A stretch of DNA of 64,000 bases from Terriglobia bacterium. GTDB lineage: Bacteria > Acidobacteriota > Terriglobia > Acidiferrales > UBA7541. How positions within the stretch are numbered: the stretch's first letter is position 1; every line of letters starts with the position of its first letter. Where the stretch lies: contig JBGOZP010000009.1 in NCBI GenBank assembly GCA_041480265.1, forward strand, positions 20,952 to 84,951. Direction: 5' to 3'. The translations under genes were made by a program, and so were the position numbers. This document shows positions 21,314-30,435 of the stretch, piece after piece. The notes under the pieces were generated by a model. The model worked only from the letters and a program-made list of their open reading frames with translations. It ran no database searches and had not been told where the DNA came from.

Positions 21314-22096
21314 ATGTCCTACGAAAACCTGCTCTATGAAAAGCGGGACCGGATCGGCTTCATCACGTTCAACCGGCCGAAAGTGTTGAACGCGCTGAAC
21401 CGGAAGACCATGGAAGAATTGAATCAGGTGTTGATCGCTGTGCGAGAGGACGAGGACGTGCGCGTGGTGATCCTGACCGGCGCCGGAGAGAAGTCCTTTG
21501 TCGCCGGCGCGGACATCGGCGAACTTGCCGTGCAAACGCCGGTGAGCGGGAAAGAGAAGTCGCTGTTCGGTCAAAGCGTCTTGCACCGCCTGGAAACGCT
21601 GGGAAAGCCCTCCATCGCGGCGATCAATGGCTTCGCACTGGGCGGCGGATGTGAAGTGGCGCTGGCCTGTTCGATCCGCCTGGCGAGCAAGACGGCGAAG
21701 CTCGGACAGCCCGAAGTGAAGCTGGGGATCATCACGGGTTATGGCGGGTCCCAGCGGATTGCCCGTCTGTGCGGCAAGGGAGTCGCGCACGAACTCTGCC
21801 TGACGGGAGAAATGATTTCGGCCGACGAAGCGCTCCGCATCGGCCTCGTCAATCACGTCTGCGAGCCGGCGGAGCTTTTGCCGGCTGCGGAGGCGTTGGC
21901 AAGAAAAATCGTGGCGAATGCGCCGCTGGCGGTGAAGTTCACGATGGAAGCCATCGAGCGTGGAGTGGAAATGCCGCAGCAGGAAGGCCAGTTTCTCGAA
22001 GCGACGCTTTTCGGTCTGTGCGCCGCCACCGAAGATATGCGGGAAGGCACGCGCGCATTTCTCGAAAAGCGTCCGGCCCAATTTCATGGGAAGTAA
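21314..22096 (+). CDS. enoyl-CoA hydratase/isomerase (crotonase) family
   Basis: ITFNRPKVLNALN...VILTGAGEKSFVAGADI...AAINGFALGGGCEVALACSIRLA. Confidence 0.85.
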   Translation: MSYENLLYEKRDRIGFITFNRPKVLNALNRKTMEELNQVLIAVREDEDVRVVILTGAGEKSFVAGADIGELAVQTPVSGKEKSLFGQSVLHRLETLGKPSIAAINGFALGGGCEVALACSIRLASKTAKLGQPEVKLGIITGYGGSQRIARLCGKGVAHELCLTGEMISADEALRIGLVNHVCEPAELLPAAEALARKIVANAPLAVKFTMEAIERGVEMPQQEGQFLEATLFGLCAATEDMREGTRAFLEKRPAQFHGK

Positions 22097-22126
22097 CGCC
22101 ATCCAGTGAGGAAAAAATTCACCGCA

Positions 22127-22660
22127 ATGAAGGAAACATTCACTCCCAAGCAAATCCGTCCCGTGGCGAACGCGGCGGGACTCCGTTTCGCGGTGGTCGT
22201 GAGCCGCTTCAATAGCTTCATTACCGAGCGGCTGCTGGCCGGGGCGCTCGGCGCACTCGAAGCGGCGGGCGCTGCTGAGAAAAATATTGAGGTGGTGCGC
22301 GTGCCGGGTTCGTTTGAAATTCCGCTGGCGGCGAAGAAACTTGCCGAAGGCGCGCATGCCGACGCGGTGATCGCCATCGGCTGTATTCTGCGAGGCGAGA
22401 CCGCGCACTTCGACTACGTCGCGAGCGAGGTTGCGCGCGGCGTGCAGCTGGTGCAACTCGATACCGGCGTCCCCATTATTTTCTGCGTGCTCACTTGCGA
22501 CACTCTCGAGCAGGCCATCGACCGCGCGGGGCTGAAAAGTGGAAATAAGGGTCACGAGGCCGGCCTGGCTGCGGTGGAGATGGCGAATCTGTCGAAGCAA
22601 CTCCGGCCCGCTGCGTCTTTGTCCGGCGGCAAGAACGCTCTCCGCGGGAAGCGCCGATAA
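22127..22660 (+). CDS. ribH: 6,7-dimethyl-8-ribityllumazine synthase
   Basis: RFAVVVSRFNSFITERLL...VRVPGSFEIPLAAKKLA...IAIGCILRGETAHFDYV. ATG 22127 has a gaggaaa RBS. Confidence 0.9.
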   Translation: MKETFTPKQIRPVANAAGLRFAVVVSRFNSFITERLLAGALGALEAAGAAEKNIEVVRVPGSFEIPLAAKKLAEGAHADAVIAIGCILRGETAHFDYVASEVARGVQLVQLDTGVPIIFCVLTCDTLEQAIDRAGLKSGNKGHEAGLAAVEMANLSKQLRPAASLSGGKNALRGKRR

Positions 22661-23077
22661 ATGTCGCTGCGCCGGAAATCCCGCGAGTACGCCCTGCAGA
22701 TGCTGTTCCAATGGGAAATGGGAAAGCAGGACCCCTCGCGCATTGAGGACGGATTCTGGGCCAACGCGCGCGCTCAGAAATCCACGCGCGAATTTGCCAA
22801 TCAGCTTTTCGAAAATGCGGCGGCGCGCGCCGCGGAGATCGACCCCATCATCTCCACACACGCCAAGAACTGGCGCCTCGAGCGCATATCGGCCATCGAT
22901 CGCGCGATCCTTCGCCTGGCCATAGCCGAATTACGCACCATGGGCACGCCGCCTAAAGTCGTGCTCAACGAGGCCGTAGAGCTGGCGAAGAAATTTTCCT
23001 CCGAAGAAGCCGCACCGTTCATCAACGGCATTCTCGATGCCGCCATGAAATCGTTTACCGAAAAACCATCGGAGTGA
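22661..23077 (+). CDS. nusB: transcription antitermination factor NusB
   Basis: SREYALQMLFQWEM...AIDRAILRLAIAEL...VVLNEAVELAKKF. Immediately follows ribH. Confidence 0.9.
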   Translation: MSLRRKSREYALQMLFQWEMGKQDPSRIEDGFWANARAQKSTREFANQLFENAAARAAEIDPIISTHAKNWRLERISAIDRAILRLAIAELRTMGTPPKVVLNEAVELAKKFSSEEAAPFINGILDAAMKSFTEKPSE

Positions 23078-23115
23078 TCTCCAGGCACGATCGCCGCGAT
23101 CTCAACCTGTGCCAC

Positions 23116-24525
23116 TTAAAGACCGCGCACGATGGCGCAGGTTTCGTCGAGAATGGTTCGCGTGGCCGCGGGACGGGAGGTTTCGCAATAGACGCGCAGC
23201 ATGGGTTCGGTTCCCGAGGCGCGCAGCATCACCCAGCCGATTTCTCCCAGGTACAATTTGATTCCATCCAGATCTTCGCGGCGCGCCACCGGCCACTCGA
23301 GCAGGCGCTTCAGCTTTGCGCCGCTAAAATGCGCGATGGCGCCCTCCTTTTGCCCGGGCTTCAGTTCCAGATCGACGCGGCCGTAGTGGTGTTCGCCGAA
23401 TTCGGCGTGTAGCTGCGCGACCAGTTCGCCGAGAGATTTCCGGTGCCACGCCATCACTTCGGTCAGCAGCAGCGCCATCACCGTGGCATCGCGTTCGGGC
23501 AAATACAGTTTGGTGCCGATCCCGCCGGATTCTTCGCCGCCCAGCAGGATGTCGCGCTCGAGCATCAGCTCGCAGATGTACTTGAAGCCGATGGGCGTCT
23601 CGAACACTTTGCGGCCGAATTTCGCCGCAATCTTGTCGATCATCTTCGTGGAAGAAAACGTCTTCGCGACGTCTCCCGGAATTCCGCGCGTCCCGGCCAG
23701 GTGCCACAGCAGAATCGAGAAAATCTGGTGCGGCGTGATGAACGTGCCGTCACGGTCGATCGCGCCAATGCGGTCGCCATCGCCATCCGCGCACAGGCCG
23801 GCATGGTAGCCGCCGGAAACGACGGCGCGGCGCAGCGCCTCGACGTGCGGCTCGATGGGCTCGGGATTGACGCCGCCGAACAATGGATCGCGCGTGCCGC
23901 GAATTTCATCGCAGGCGATGCCGTGGCGCGTCATGAGTTGATGCAACAGCCCGCGCGCCGCGCCGTGCATCGGGTCCACGACAAAACGGAATTTCGCCGC
24001 GCGGATTCGTTCCCAGTCGACCAGCTTCCCGATGGTTTCGAGGTAGGGAGAGAGAATGTCGAGCGATTGAATGTTGTCAGGTCGGGTGGGCAGCGGCGGC
24101 ACGCCGTCGGCAAGCACGATGGCGAGTTCCTTTTCCACTTGCGCGACGATCGAAGGCAGCGCGGAGCTTCCGTAGCTCGCTTTGAACTTCACGCCGTTCC
24201 ACCGGTAGGGATTATGGCTGGCCGTGATCATGATGCCGCCGGCCGCGCCGCGTTGCCGCACCAGCAGCGAAAGCGCGGGCGATGGGCAGGCCTTTTCCGC
24301 GATCCACACCGGCATCCCGGTCATGGAGACAACTTCCGCGGCGGCGCGCGCAAACCGCTCGGAGCCGTAGCGCGTGTCGTAGCCGACCAACACCCCCGCG
24401 TTTGGTTTTTCCGAGTGCACCACATAGCGCGCGATCGCGCAGGCGACTTTGCGCACGTTTGCGACCGTGAAGTCGTCCGCAATCACGCCGCGCCAGCCGT
24501 CGGTGCCGAATTTGATTGTGCTCAC
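23116..24525 (-). CDS. phosphomannomutase/phosphoglucomutase (alpha-D-phosphohexomutase)
   Basis: FGTDGWRG..., ITASHNPYRWNGVKF phosphoserine loop, DGDGDR metal loop, GGEESGG sugar loop. Confidence 0.85.
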   Translation of the reverse strand: MSTIKFGTDGWRGVIADDFTVANVRKVACAIARYVVHSEKPNAGVLVGYDTRYGSERFARAAAEVVSMTGMPVWIAEKACPSPALSLLVRQRGAAGGIMITASHNPYRWNGVKFKASYGSSALPSIVAQVEKELAIVLADGVPPLPTRPDNIQSLDILSPYLETIGKLVDWERIRAAKFRFVVDPMHGAARGLLHQLMTRHGIACDEIRGTRDPLFGGVNPEPIEPHVEALRRAVVSGGYHAGLCADGDGDRIGAIDRDGTFITPHQIFSILLWHLAGTRGIPGDVAKTFSSTKMIDKIAAKFGRKVFETPIGFKYICELMLERDILLGGEESGGIGTKLYLPERDATVMALLLTEVMAWHRKSLGELVAQLHAEFGEHHYGRVDLELKPGQKEGAIAHFSGAKLKRLLEWPVARREDLDGIKLYLGEIGWVMLRASGTEPMLRVYCETSRPAATRTILDETCAIVRGL

Positions 24526-24554
24526 GGTTCAGAAGTATATGCGAAGCTTGGTTG

Positions 24555-24623
24555 TTGTAGCGCCCGCCTTTAGGCGGGCATGTGTTTGAATCTGCAAGTG
24601 CCCCGATCCTATCGGGGCGCGAC
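24555..24623. repeat. TGTAGCGCC-type structured element
   Basis: ttgtagcgcc-cgcctttaggcgg-gcatgtgtttgaatctgcaagtgcc-ccgatcctatcgg-ggcgcgac. Sits between two genes of the mannose operon. Confidence 0.65.
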
Positions 24624-24666
24624 CTGCGCGCGTCGTTTCAAAAATCCGAAGACAAAACCAGCAGGT

Positions 24667-25791
24667 TCAAAGCAGGCGCGAAAGTTTCTCCGCCTCGAGC
24701 CACTTCACGATCTTGCCGACGTCCTGCGCGCGGTCGCGCGGGCAGAGCAGCAGCGCGTCCTCAGTTTCGACGACGACGAGATCGCGAATCCCGACCGCGG
24801 CGATGAATTTGTTGGGGCTCCAGAGGAAATTGCCGTGCGCGTCGAGCGCGGCAAAACGTCCAGCGGATACGTTTTCTCCATCTGTTCGCGCGAGCAGGTC
24901 GTAGACGGCGGCCCAGGAGCCGATGTCGCTCCAGCCCACTTCGGCGGGCAGCACGAATACGCTTGGCGCGGCGGCGCGGCGCGTGGCCGGTTCGAGAATC
25001 GCGTAGTCCACGGAAATGTTTTCAAGCTTGGGGTAAACCTTCACCAGCGTTCTTGCATAGCGCGGCGTTCCGATCTCCCCGGCCAGGCGCATCAGCGCGT
25101 CATGAGTTTTCGGCAGGAATTTCTCGAGATGGCCCAGGAAAGTGGAAACGCGCCAGAAGAACATTCCCGCATTCCAGTAGTAGCGCCCCGAAGAGACGTA
25201 TTTTCGGGCGCGTGCGAGCGCCGGTTTTTCCGTGAATTGGCGCACACAAAAAACAGGCGCGCCTCCGGCGTTGAGCGCCATTGCGCGCGCGCGTTCGATG
25301 TAGCCGTAGCCGGTTTCGGGCCGCGAAGGCGGAATCCCCAGCACCACGAGCGACCCGGCGGATCGCGCGACATGAAGCGCGGCGCGAACAATTTTGAGGT
25401 ATCGCGCCGGCTGCGCGATGTAGTGATCGGCGGGAAACACGGCCATGAGCGCGTCGTTTTCCTTGCCCATGCCGCCGTGCAGCAGGTGCGCGGCGGCCAG
25501 GCCGATGGCAGCCGCGGTGTTTCGGCCAGTCGGTTCAGCAAGAATGTGCGATGCGGCGACGCGGGGAAGCTGCCGCCGGACGGCGGTGGCCTGCTCGAAG
25601 TTGGTGACGACCCATTGGCGCGATGCCGGAAACAGCGGCGCGAGGCGCGCCGCGGTCTGCTCGAGCATCGTGTCGCGGCCAACGATGTTGAGCAATTGTT
25701 TTGGCGTGCGCATGCGGCTGCGCGGCCAGAAGCGCGTCCCGCGTCCTCCGGCGAGAATCACGGCGTGCGCGGATAGCTCTTCGCGGCTCAT
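24667..25791 (-). CDS. mannose-1-phosphate guanylyltransferase
   Basis: AVILAGGRGTRFWPRSRMRTPKQLL nucleotidyltransferase motif. Start trimmed to MSREELSAH (ATG 25791), an ATGA overlap with the upstream PMI stop. Confidence 0.85.
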   Translation of the reverse strand: MSREELSAHAVILAGGRGTRFWPRSRMRTPKQLLNIVGRDTMLEQTAARLAPLFPASRQWVVTNFEQATAVRRQLPRVAASHILAEPTGRNTAAAIGLAAAHLLHGGMGKENDALMAVFPADHYIAQPARYLKIVRAALHVARSAGSLVVLGIPPSRPETGYGYIERARAMALNAGGAPVFCVRQFTEKPALARARKYVSSGRYYWNAGMFFWRVSTFLGHLEKFLPKTHDALMRLAGEIGTPRYARTLVKVYPKLENISVDYAILEPATRRAAAPSVFVLPAEVGWSDIGSWAAVYDLLARTDGENVSAGRFAALDAHGNFLWSPNKFIAAVGIRDLVVVETEDALLLCPRDRAQDVGKIVKWLEAEKLSRLL

Positions 25792-26822
25792 GGATGCACC
25801 ACGCGCGACCACGCGGTTTCCTCCACGCGCTCATCCGCAAGCCGCCGGACAAACTCATGGAGGTCGGGAACATAGGTGCGCAACAGCGCGGTCGGAGATT
25901 CGGGCACGAGTTGATATGCGCCGAGCGCGGCAGGAAGCAGCCACGTTTCAGCCGGCGCATAGGGTTCCGCGCCGCCGGCGAACTCGATGCGGCCCCTGCC
26001 ATCGAGAAAAATGTGCAAATCGAAATGTTCCGGCGAAGTCACCGCGGCAATTCGCTCGCGGAATTCCCAGCGTTCCGCGGCGAAGTGGCGGCACGCGGCG
26101 AAAAAAGTTTCCGTGACCGCGCCGTTCGTTATGCGGACCGGGTCGCACCGGCCCCCGCTCTGTTCGCCGAAGCGAATCACGTTCAGCGCCTGGCGAATAT
26201 GCAGTGGGCGCTGCTTGCCGTCGGCGGCAACGCGGTTGTAATCGAATACGCGGTAAGTGATGTCGGAATGCTCCTGGACTTCGCACAGCACGACACCCGG
26301 GCAGATCGTATGCGCGGTTCCGGCGGGCACAAAAACGGCGTCGCCCGCCCGCACGGCCACGCGTTCCAGACAATCCTCGACAGTGCCATCGGCGATGGCC
26401 CGGCCGAACGACTCGGGAGTCACGCTCGCTCGCAGGCCCACGCGCAACTCGGCGCCTTCGCGCGCCGTAATGACATACCACATCTCCGTCTTCCCGATTC
26501 CGCCCGCGGCCGATTCGTGCTGCTCGGCGTACGCGTCGTCCGGGTGGACCTGCACGGAGAGTTTTTCCTCCGGGAAGATGAATTTCACGAGCAATGGGAT
26601 GCGCGCAAGGCCGCGCAGGCGCGTGCCCGTCCACTCCTCAGGCAACTCCGGCCAGACTTCTCCGAGCGAGCGTCCGGCAAATGCGCCGTTGGCGAAGCGG
26701 CATTCATTTCCCGTGAGCCACGCCTCGCCTATCGGTTCGGGTTCCCGCGATCGTTCGGGAAATAATGGAGAGAGATTTCGCGCGCCCCAGATGCGGGGCA
26801 TGAAGATGGGGACAAGCCGCAC
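25788..26822 (-). CDS. manA: type I phosphomannose isomerase
   Basis: C-terminal 345 codons of ORF 25788..28046. (V/M)RLVPIFMPRIWGARNL...LLVKFIFPEEKLSVQVHPDD...GKTEMWYV cupin motifs. GTG start at 26822 is inferred. Confidence 0.75.
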   Translation of the reverse strand: MRLVPIFMPRIWGARNLSPLFPERSREPEPIGEAWLTGNECRFANGAFAGRSLGEVWPELPEEWTGTRLRGLARIPLLVKFIFPEEKLSVQVHPDDAYAEQHESAAGGIGKTEMWYVITAREGAELRVGLRASVTPESFGRAIADGTVEDCLERVAVRAGDAVFVPAGTAHTICPGVVLCEVQEHSDITYRVFDYNRVAADGKQRPLHIRQALNVIRFGEQSGGRCDPVRITNGAVTETFFAACRHFAAERWEFRERIAAVTSPEHFDLHIFLDGRGRIEFAGGAEPYAPAETWLLPAALGAYQLVPESPTALLRTYVPDLHEFVRRLADERVEETAWSRVVHP

Positions 26823-26854
26823 AGGCGCTCGCCCCGTTCGGTTTGAACCGGAAT

Positions 26855-28039
26855 TCACGCCGCCGATGCCGCCATCGCAAAGAATTTCTTGAGTCGCCGC
26901 AAGCCCTCCTCGATTCGCTCGAGCGACGTGGCGTAGGAGATGCGGATGTAGCCGGGCGTGCCGAATGCGTCGCCCGGCACGACGACGAGGTACTCGCGAT
27001 CGAGGAGCTGCTTCGCCAGAGCGGTCGTGTCCGCAATGCCATTGCGCAAGTGCTCCGCAACGTTCGGATACGCGTAAAACGCGCCGCCCGGCTCCACGCA
27101 GGTGACTCCGGGAATCGCGCGAAGTCCGCCGACGATGCGGTCGCGCCGCCGCGAATACTCCGCGAGCATGGCCGCGACGGTGTCCATCGGGCCCGTCAGC
27201 GCTTCGAGCGCCGCGTACTGGGCGATCGAAGTCGCATTCGACGTGGACTGGCTCTGCAGCTTGATCATGGCGGAGATCAGCGGTTCGGGCGCCAGCGCGT
27301 AGCCCACGCGCCAGCCGGTCATGGCAAACGTTTTCGAGAGCGACCCGGCGACGATGATATTCGGCTTGGTGCCCGGCAAGCTCGCCAGCGAGAACGGTTT
27401 TCCTTTTCCATACACGAAATGGGAATAGCATTCGTCGGTCAGCAGCCAGATGTTTTTCGCGCGGCAGACCTCGTAAATTTTCGCGAACTCGTCGTTGGGC
27501 ACGACCGCGCCGCTCGGGTTGCTCGGCGAATTGACGATCAACAGCTTCGTCCGCGGCGTAATCGCGCGCGCTACCTGCTCGGCGCGCAGGCGGAAGCCGT
27601 CGGAAGGGTCGGTCATCACGGGCACCGAAGTCGCTCCTGTGTACATGACCATGTCCGGATAGCTGACCCAGTAGGGCGCGGGAATAATCACTTCGTCTCC
27701 CGCTTCGAGCAGCGAGCAGAACGCGTTGAAAATGGCGTGCTTGCCGCCCACCGTCACGACGCACTCCGGCACCGTGTAGGACGAGCCAAACTGCCTCGCA
27801 TGCCACTTGCAGATGGCTTCCCTCAGCGGGCCGATGCCTGCCGTGGGGGTGTATTTCGTGCGATTTTCCTCGAGTGCGCGAATAGCTGCGCGCTTGATGT
27901 GCTCCGGCGTGGGGAAATCCGGTTCGCCGGGGCCAAAATCGGCAAGGTCCGCCCCCTGCGCGCGGAGTCGTTCGGCCGCCGCCAGGACGGCGGCTGTCGG
28001 TGAAATTGAAATGCGGTTTACACGCTTGGCAAGTTGCAC
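26855..28039 (-). CDS. class I PLP-dependent aminotransferase (aspartate aminotransferase-like)
   Basis: GEPDFPTP...YTPTAG...NSPSNPSGAV...SLSKTFAMTGWRVGY (PLP lysine). Confidence 0.85.
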   Translation of the reverse strand: MQLAKRVNRISISPTAAVLAAAERLRAQGADLADFGPGEPDFPTPEHIKRAAIRALEENRTKYTPTAGIGPLREAICKWHARQFGSSYTVPECVVTVGGKHAIFNAFCSLLEAGDEVIIPAPYWVSYPDMVMYTGATSVPVMTDPSDGFRLRAEQVARAITPRTKLLIVNSPSNPSGAVVPNDEFAKIYEVCRAKNIWLLTDECYSHFVYGKGKPFSLASLPGTKPNIIVAGSLSKTFAMTGWRVGYALAPEPLISAMIKLQSQSTSNATSIAQYAALEALTGPMDTVAAMLAEYSRRRDRIVGGLRAIPGVTCVEPGGAFYAYPNVAEHLRNGIADTTALAKQLLDREYLVVVPGDAFGTPGYIRISYATSLERIEEGLRRLKKFFAMAASAA

Positions 28040-28059
28040 GGATCAAGGCTCCTTATTTT

Positions 28060-28115
28060 GGCGGGCTCCACGTTTCACTTGAATCGTTCAGCGTAAAAGT
28101 AGAACCCGCACCCGC
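28060..28115. repeat. REP-like nested hairpin, long form
   Basis: ggcgggctccacgtttcacttgaatcgttcagcgtaaaagtagaacccgcacccgc. Lies between the coaD stop and the aminotransferase start. Confidence 0.75.
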
Positions 28116-28120
28116 AAGAT

Positions 28121-28603
28121 TTAGAGAACTTTGGCACGGAGGCGCTGCTCCACCACCGCCGGCACCAGGCCAGTCATCGGACCGCCTAACAGCGCGATTT
28201 CCCGCACCAGGCGCGAACTCAGATAGCTGTAAGCAAGGGCAGGCATCATGAAAACAGTTTCGAGATTCGGATGGAGCTTGCGATTCATCATGGCCATCTG
28301 CAACTCGTATTCGTAATCGGAAATCGCCCGAATCCCGCGCAGAATCACGTTGGCGCCGCGAAGTTGCGCGTACTCCACCAGGAGTCCGCTGAAAACATCC
28401 ACTTCGACGTTGGGCCACGCCCGCGTGACTTCGCGCAGCATCTCTACCCGCTCATCGACCGTGAATAGCGGCTGCTTGTCGAGGTTGCGCAGGACGCTTA
28501 CGATCAACCGGTCAAAGATCTTGGCGCCGCGCTCGATCAGGTCGAGGTGGCCGTTGGTCACTGGATCGAACGACCCCGGATAAATGGCCAGAACATTCTT
28601 CAT
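28121..28603 (-). CDS. coaD: phosphopantetheine adenylyltransferase
   Basis: AIYPGSFDPVTNGHLDLIERG...ISDYEYE. Confidence 0.9.
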   Translation of the reverse strand: MKNVLAIYPGSFDPVTNGHLDLIERGAKIFDRLIVSVLRNLDKQPLFTVDERVEMLREVTRAWPNVEVDVFSGLLVEYAQLRGANVILRGIRAISDYEYELQMAMMNRKLHPNLETVFMMPALAYSYLSSRLVREIALLGGPMTGLVPAVVEQRLRAKVL

Positions 28604-28789
28604 CGCATCGTCTGCCTTCCACCGAACATTGTAACGAAAATTGGCGCGGATTACGCAAGCGAATTGGCGTCACCACGATTTGTGTCCGGGTCGATTTCTT
28701 CGAGAAAACCCGCAGCAGGAAACCCGTAGATTTTGGGCATCTGAGTTAAGATAGAATTCCATGCCATCCCCGGAAGGGCTTGAGGAGCT

Positions 28790-29716
28790 ATGAAAACTAT
28801 TCGTTTCGCTGCGGTCGTCGCGTTACTCCTTTGCTCGCAATCCGCCGCATTTGGCCAAGCCGCCACGCATCACGCCCCTGCGGAGAAGACTCTCGAAAAT
28901 GCGGCCTCTTCCACGTTTCAGCCACTCGATCGTTGGAAGGCGGCGGTGGTTTCGGGCGACAAATCGGCCCTGGCGGCCTTCTACACGACATCCCCGGCAG
29001 CAAAGGCGAAGACCCCAGAGGGGGAAACGCAGGATCCTGGCGAGGAGCCGGCGTTCTGGTCCGCGTTGCGGCCCTCCGGACTTAGCCGCTTCGACCTCAA
29101 GGTCCTCGAAGTGAAGGACCTGCAGCCGGGCGTCAAAGCCTTTGTCCTCCGGTATGAAGTGAAGCTGCGGACACTCGGCGGGGAGAAATCCGGACTTATT
29201 TCCGGTTCTCAAGTGTGGCTGCAACAGGGCGGCGAGTGGCGGATTGTGTCTACACAGCGGAGCGGCCTGACCGAGAGCGTGCCGAGGCGCTTGCCCGAAC
29301 CCGCAAGACCTAATACGCAGCTCTACGCGCCCCCGGAAGAAGCGCCCGTGGCGATTGCGGCAGCGCTTGCTGCCGTCGCAAAGGACCACAAACGCGTCAT
29401 CCTGATATTCGGCGGGAATTGGTGTTACGACTGCCACGTTTTGGACGCTACGTTCCGTTCGAAATCAATCGCGCCGCTGGTCAACGCGAACTATCACGTG
29501 GTCCACGTCAATGTAGGGGATTATGACAAGAACCTGGACCTTGCCAAGAAATACGAAATCCCGCTCGAAAAGGGCGTCCCCAGCTTGGCCATCCTCGATC
29601 CAAACGGCTCACTCGTCGTGAGCCAGAAGAAGGGCGAATTCGAATCCACCACGCGGATTGGCCCGGAAGACGTCGTTGATTTCCTGAAGCGGTGGAAGCC
29701 GCAACACGGCGGCTGA
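28790..29716 (+). CDS. secreted two-domain protein: NTF2/SnoaL-like N-terminus + thioredoxin-fold C-terminus
   Basis: Signal MKTIRFAAVVALLLCSQSAAFGQ. C-terminal ILIFGGNWCYDCHVLD (CxxC) thioredoxin-like motif. Confidence 0.6.
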   Translation: MKTIRFAAVVALLLCSQSAAFGQAATHHAPAEKTLENAASSTFQPLDRWKAAVVSGDKSALAAFYTTSPAAKAKTPEGETQDPGEEPAFWSALRPSGLSRFDLKVLEVKDLQPGVKAFVLRYEVKLRTLGGEKSGLISGSQVWLQQGGEWRIVSTQRSGLTESVPRRLPEPARPNTQLYAPPEEAPVAIAAALAAVAKDHKRVILIFGGNWCYDCHVLDATFRSKSIAPLVNANYHVVHVNVGDYDKNLDLAKKYEIPLEKGVPSLAILDPNGSLVVSQKKGEFESTTRIGPEDVVDFLKRWKPQHGG

Positions 29717-29824
29717 TTTGATTGTCTCTTGGTTCCAGGCTTCCCGTCCGATGGCTTGCCATTCAGGCCTGTTTTTAGCCCATTCACACCCCCTTTCTGC
29801 CATTTCGTTGCATCACGTTTGACT

Positions 29825-29849
29825 AATGGCGACCAACTTGGTCGTATTC
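29825..29849 (+). promoter_or_regulatory. candidate Rrf2/IscR operator, distal
   Basis: aatggcGACCaacttGGTCgtattc shares GAC(T/C)-N5-GGTCGTAT with the proximal site. Confidence 0.35.
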
Positions 29850-29891
29850 TAAGACGCTGGCACAATAGGAGTTGCGGATAAATTTTCCTGC

Positions 29892-29920
29892 TTGACATCA
29901 GGTGCCACTAGACTTAATAT
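29892..29920 (+). promoter_or_regulatory. sigma70-type promoter of the isc operon
   Basis: TTGACA (29892-29897), 17-nt spacer, TAATAT (29915-29920), 33 nt upstream of the iscR ATG. Confidence 0.5.
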
Positions 29921-29922
29921 CT

Positions 29923-29947
29923 AAATGCGACTGAATTGGTCGTATAT
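29923..29947 (+). promoter_or_regulatory. candidate IscR type-1-like operator overlapping the transcription start region
   Basis: aaatgcGACTgaattGGTCgtaTAT, compared with the E. coli type-1 consensus ATASYYGACTRwwwYAGTCRRSTAT. Confidence 0.4.
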
Positions 29948-29952
29948 GCTAT

Positions 29953-30390
29953 ATGCTGAAACTTTCAAAGAAAGCGGATTACGCACTGATCGCCGTCAGG
30001 CACTTGGCCGCGCACGGTGCGGAGCGTTCGCAGAGCGCTTCTGATATCGCGGAGGCTTACTGCATTTCGGCAACACTGTTAGCGAAGGTGCTGCAGCGGC
30101 TGGCCAAGCACGGCCTGGTTACGGCGCGGCATGGTTCGAGCGGGGGATATCAACTGGCGCGGCATCCGAAGGACATTTCGGCTCTGGAGGTCATCAGCGC
30201 CGTGGATGGGCCGCTGCTGATTACCTCCTGCGTGACGAATCACGGAAATTGCGGTCAGAGCAACACGTGCACCGTCCGCGAGCCGCTTCGGAAAGTGAAC
30301 GAGAGCATTTTGCAGGTATTGCAAGCGGTTTCGATATCGCAGATGAGCGAGGATTCGCCCGAAGCCGAACTGGTCGGGCTGCCGAGTTAG
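29953..30390 (+). CDS. iscR: Rrf2-family Fe-S cluster regulator
   Basis: MLKLSKKADYALIAVRHLA wHTH and a Cys-containing C-terminal part (CVTNHGNCGQSNTC). First gene of the isc operon. Confidence 0.8.
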   Translation: MLKLSKKADYALIAVRHLAAHGAERSQSASDIAEAYCISATLLAKVLQRLAKHGLVTARHGSSGGYQLARHPKDISALEVISAVDGPLLITSCVTNHGNCGQSNTCTVREPLRKVNESILQVLQAVSISQMSEDSPEAELVGLPS

Positions 30391-30435
30391 TTGACTGTTT
30401 TTATGGGGTTGGAAGAAACCGAGGGAGAAGCAAGC

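Noticed and set aside
25788-28046. A 752-aa ORF suggesting one large fusion protein.
   Set aside because: Only the C-terminal 345 codons look like phosphomannose isomerase. The upstream part overlaps, in another frame, a clear PLP aminotransferase gene (26855..28039).
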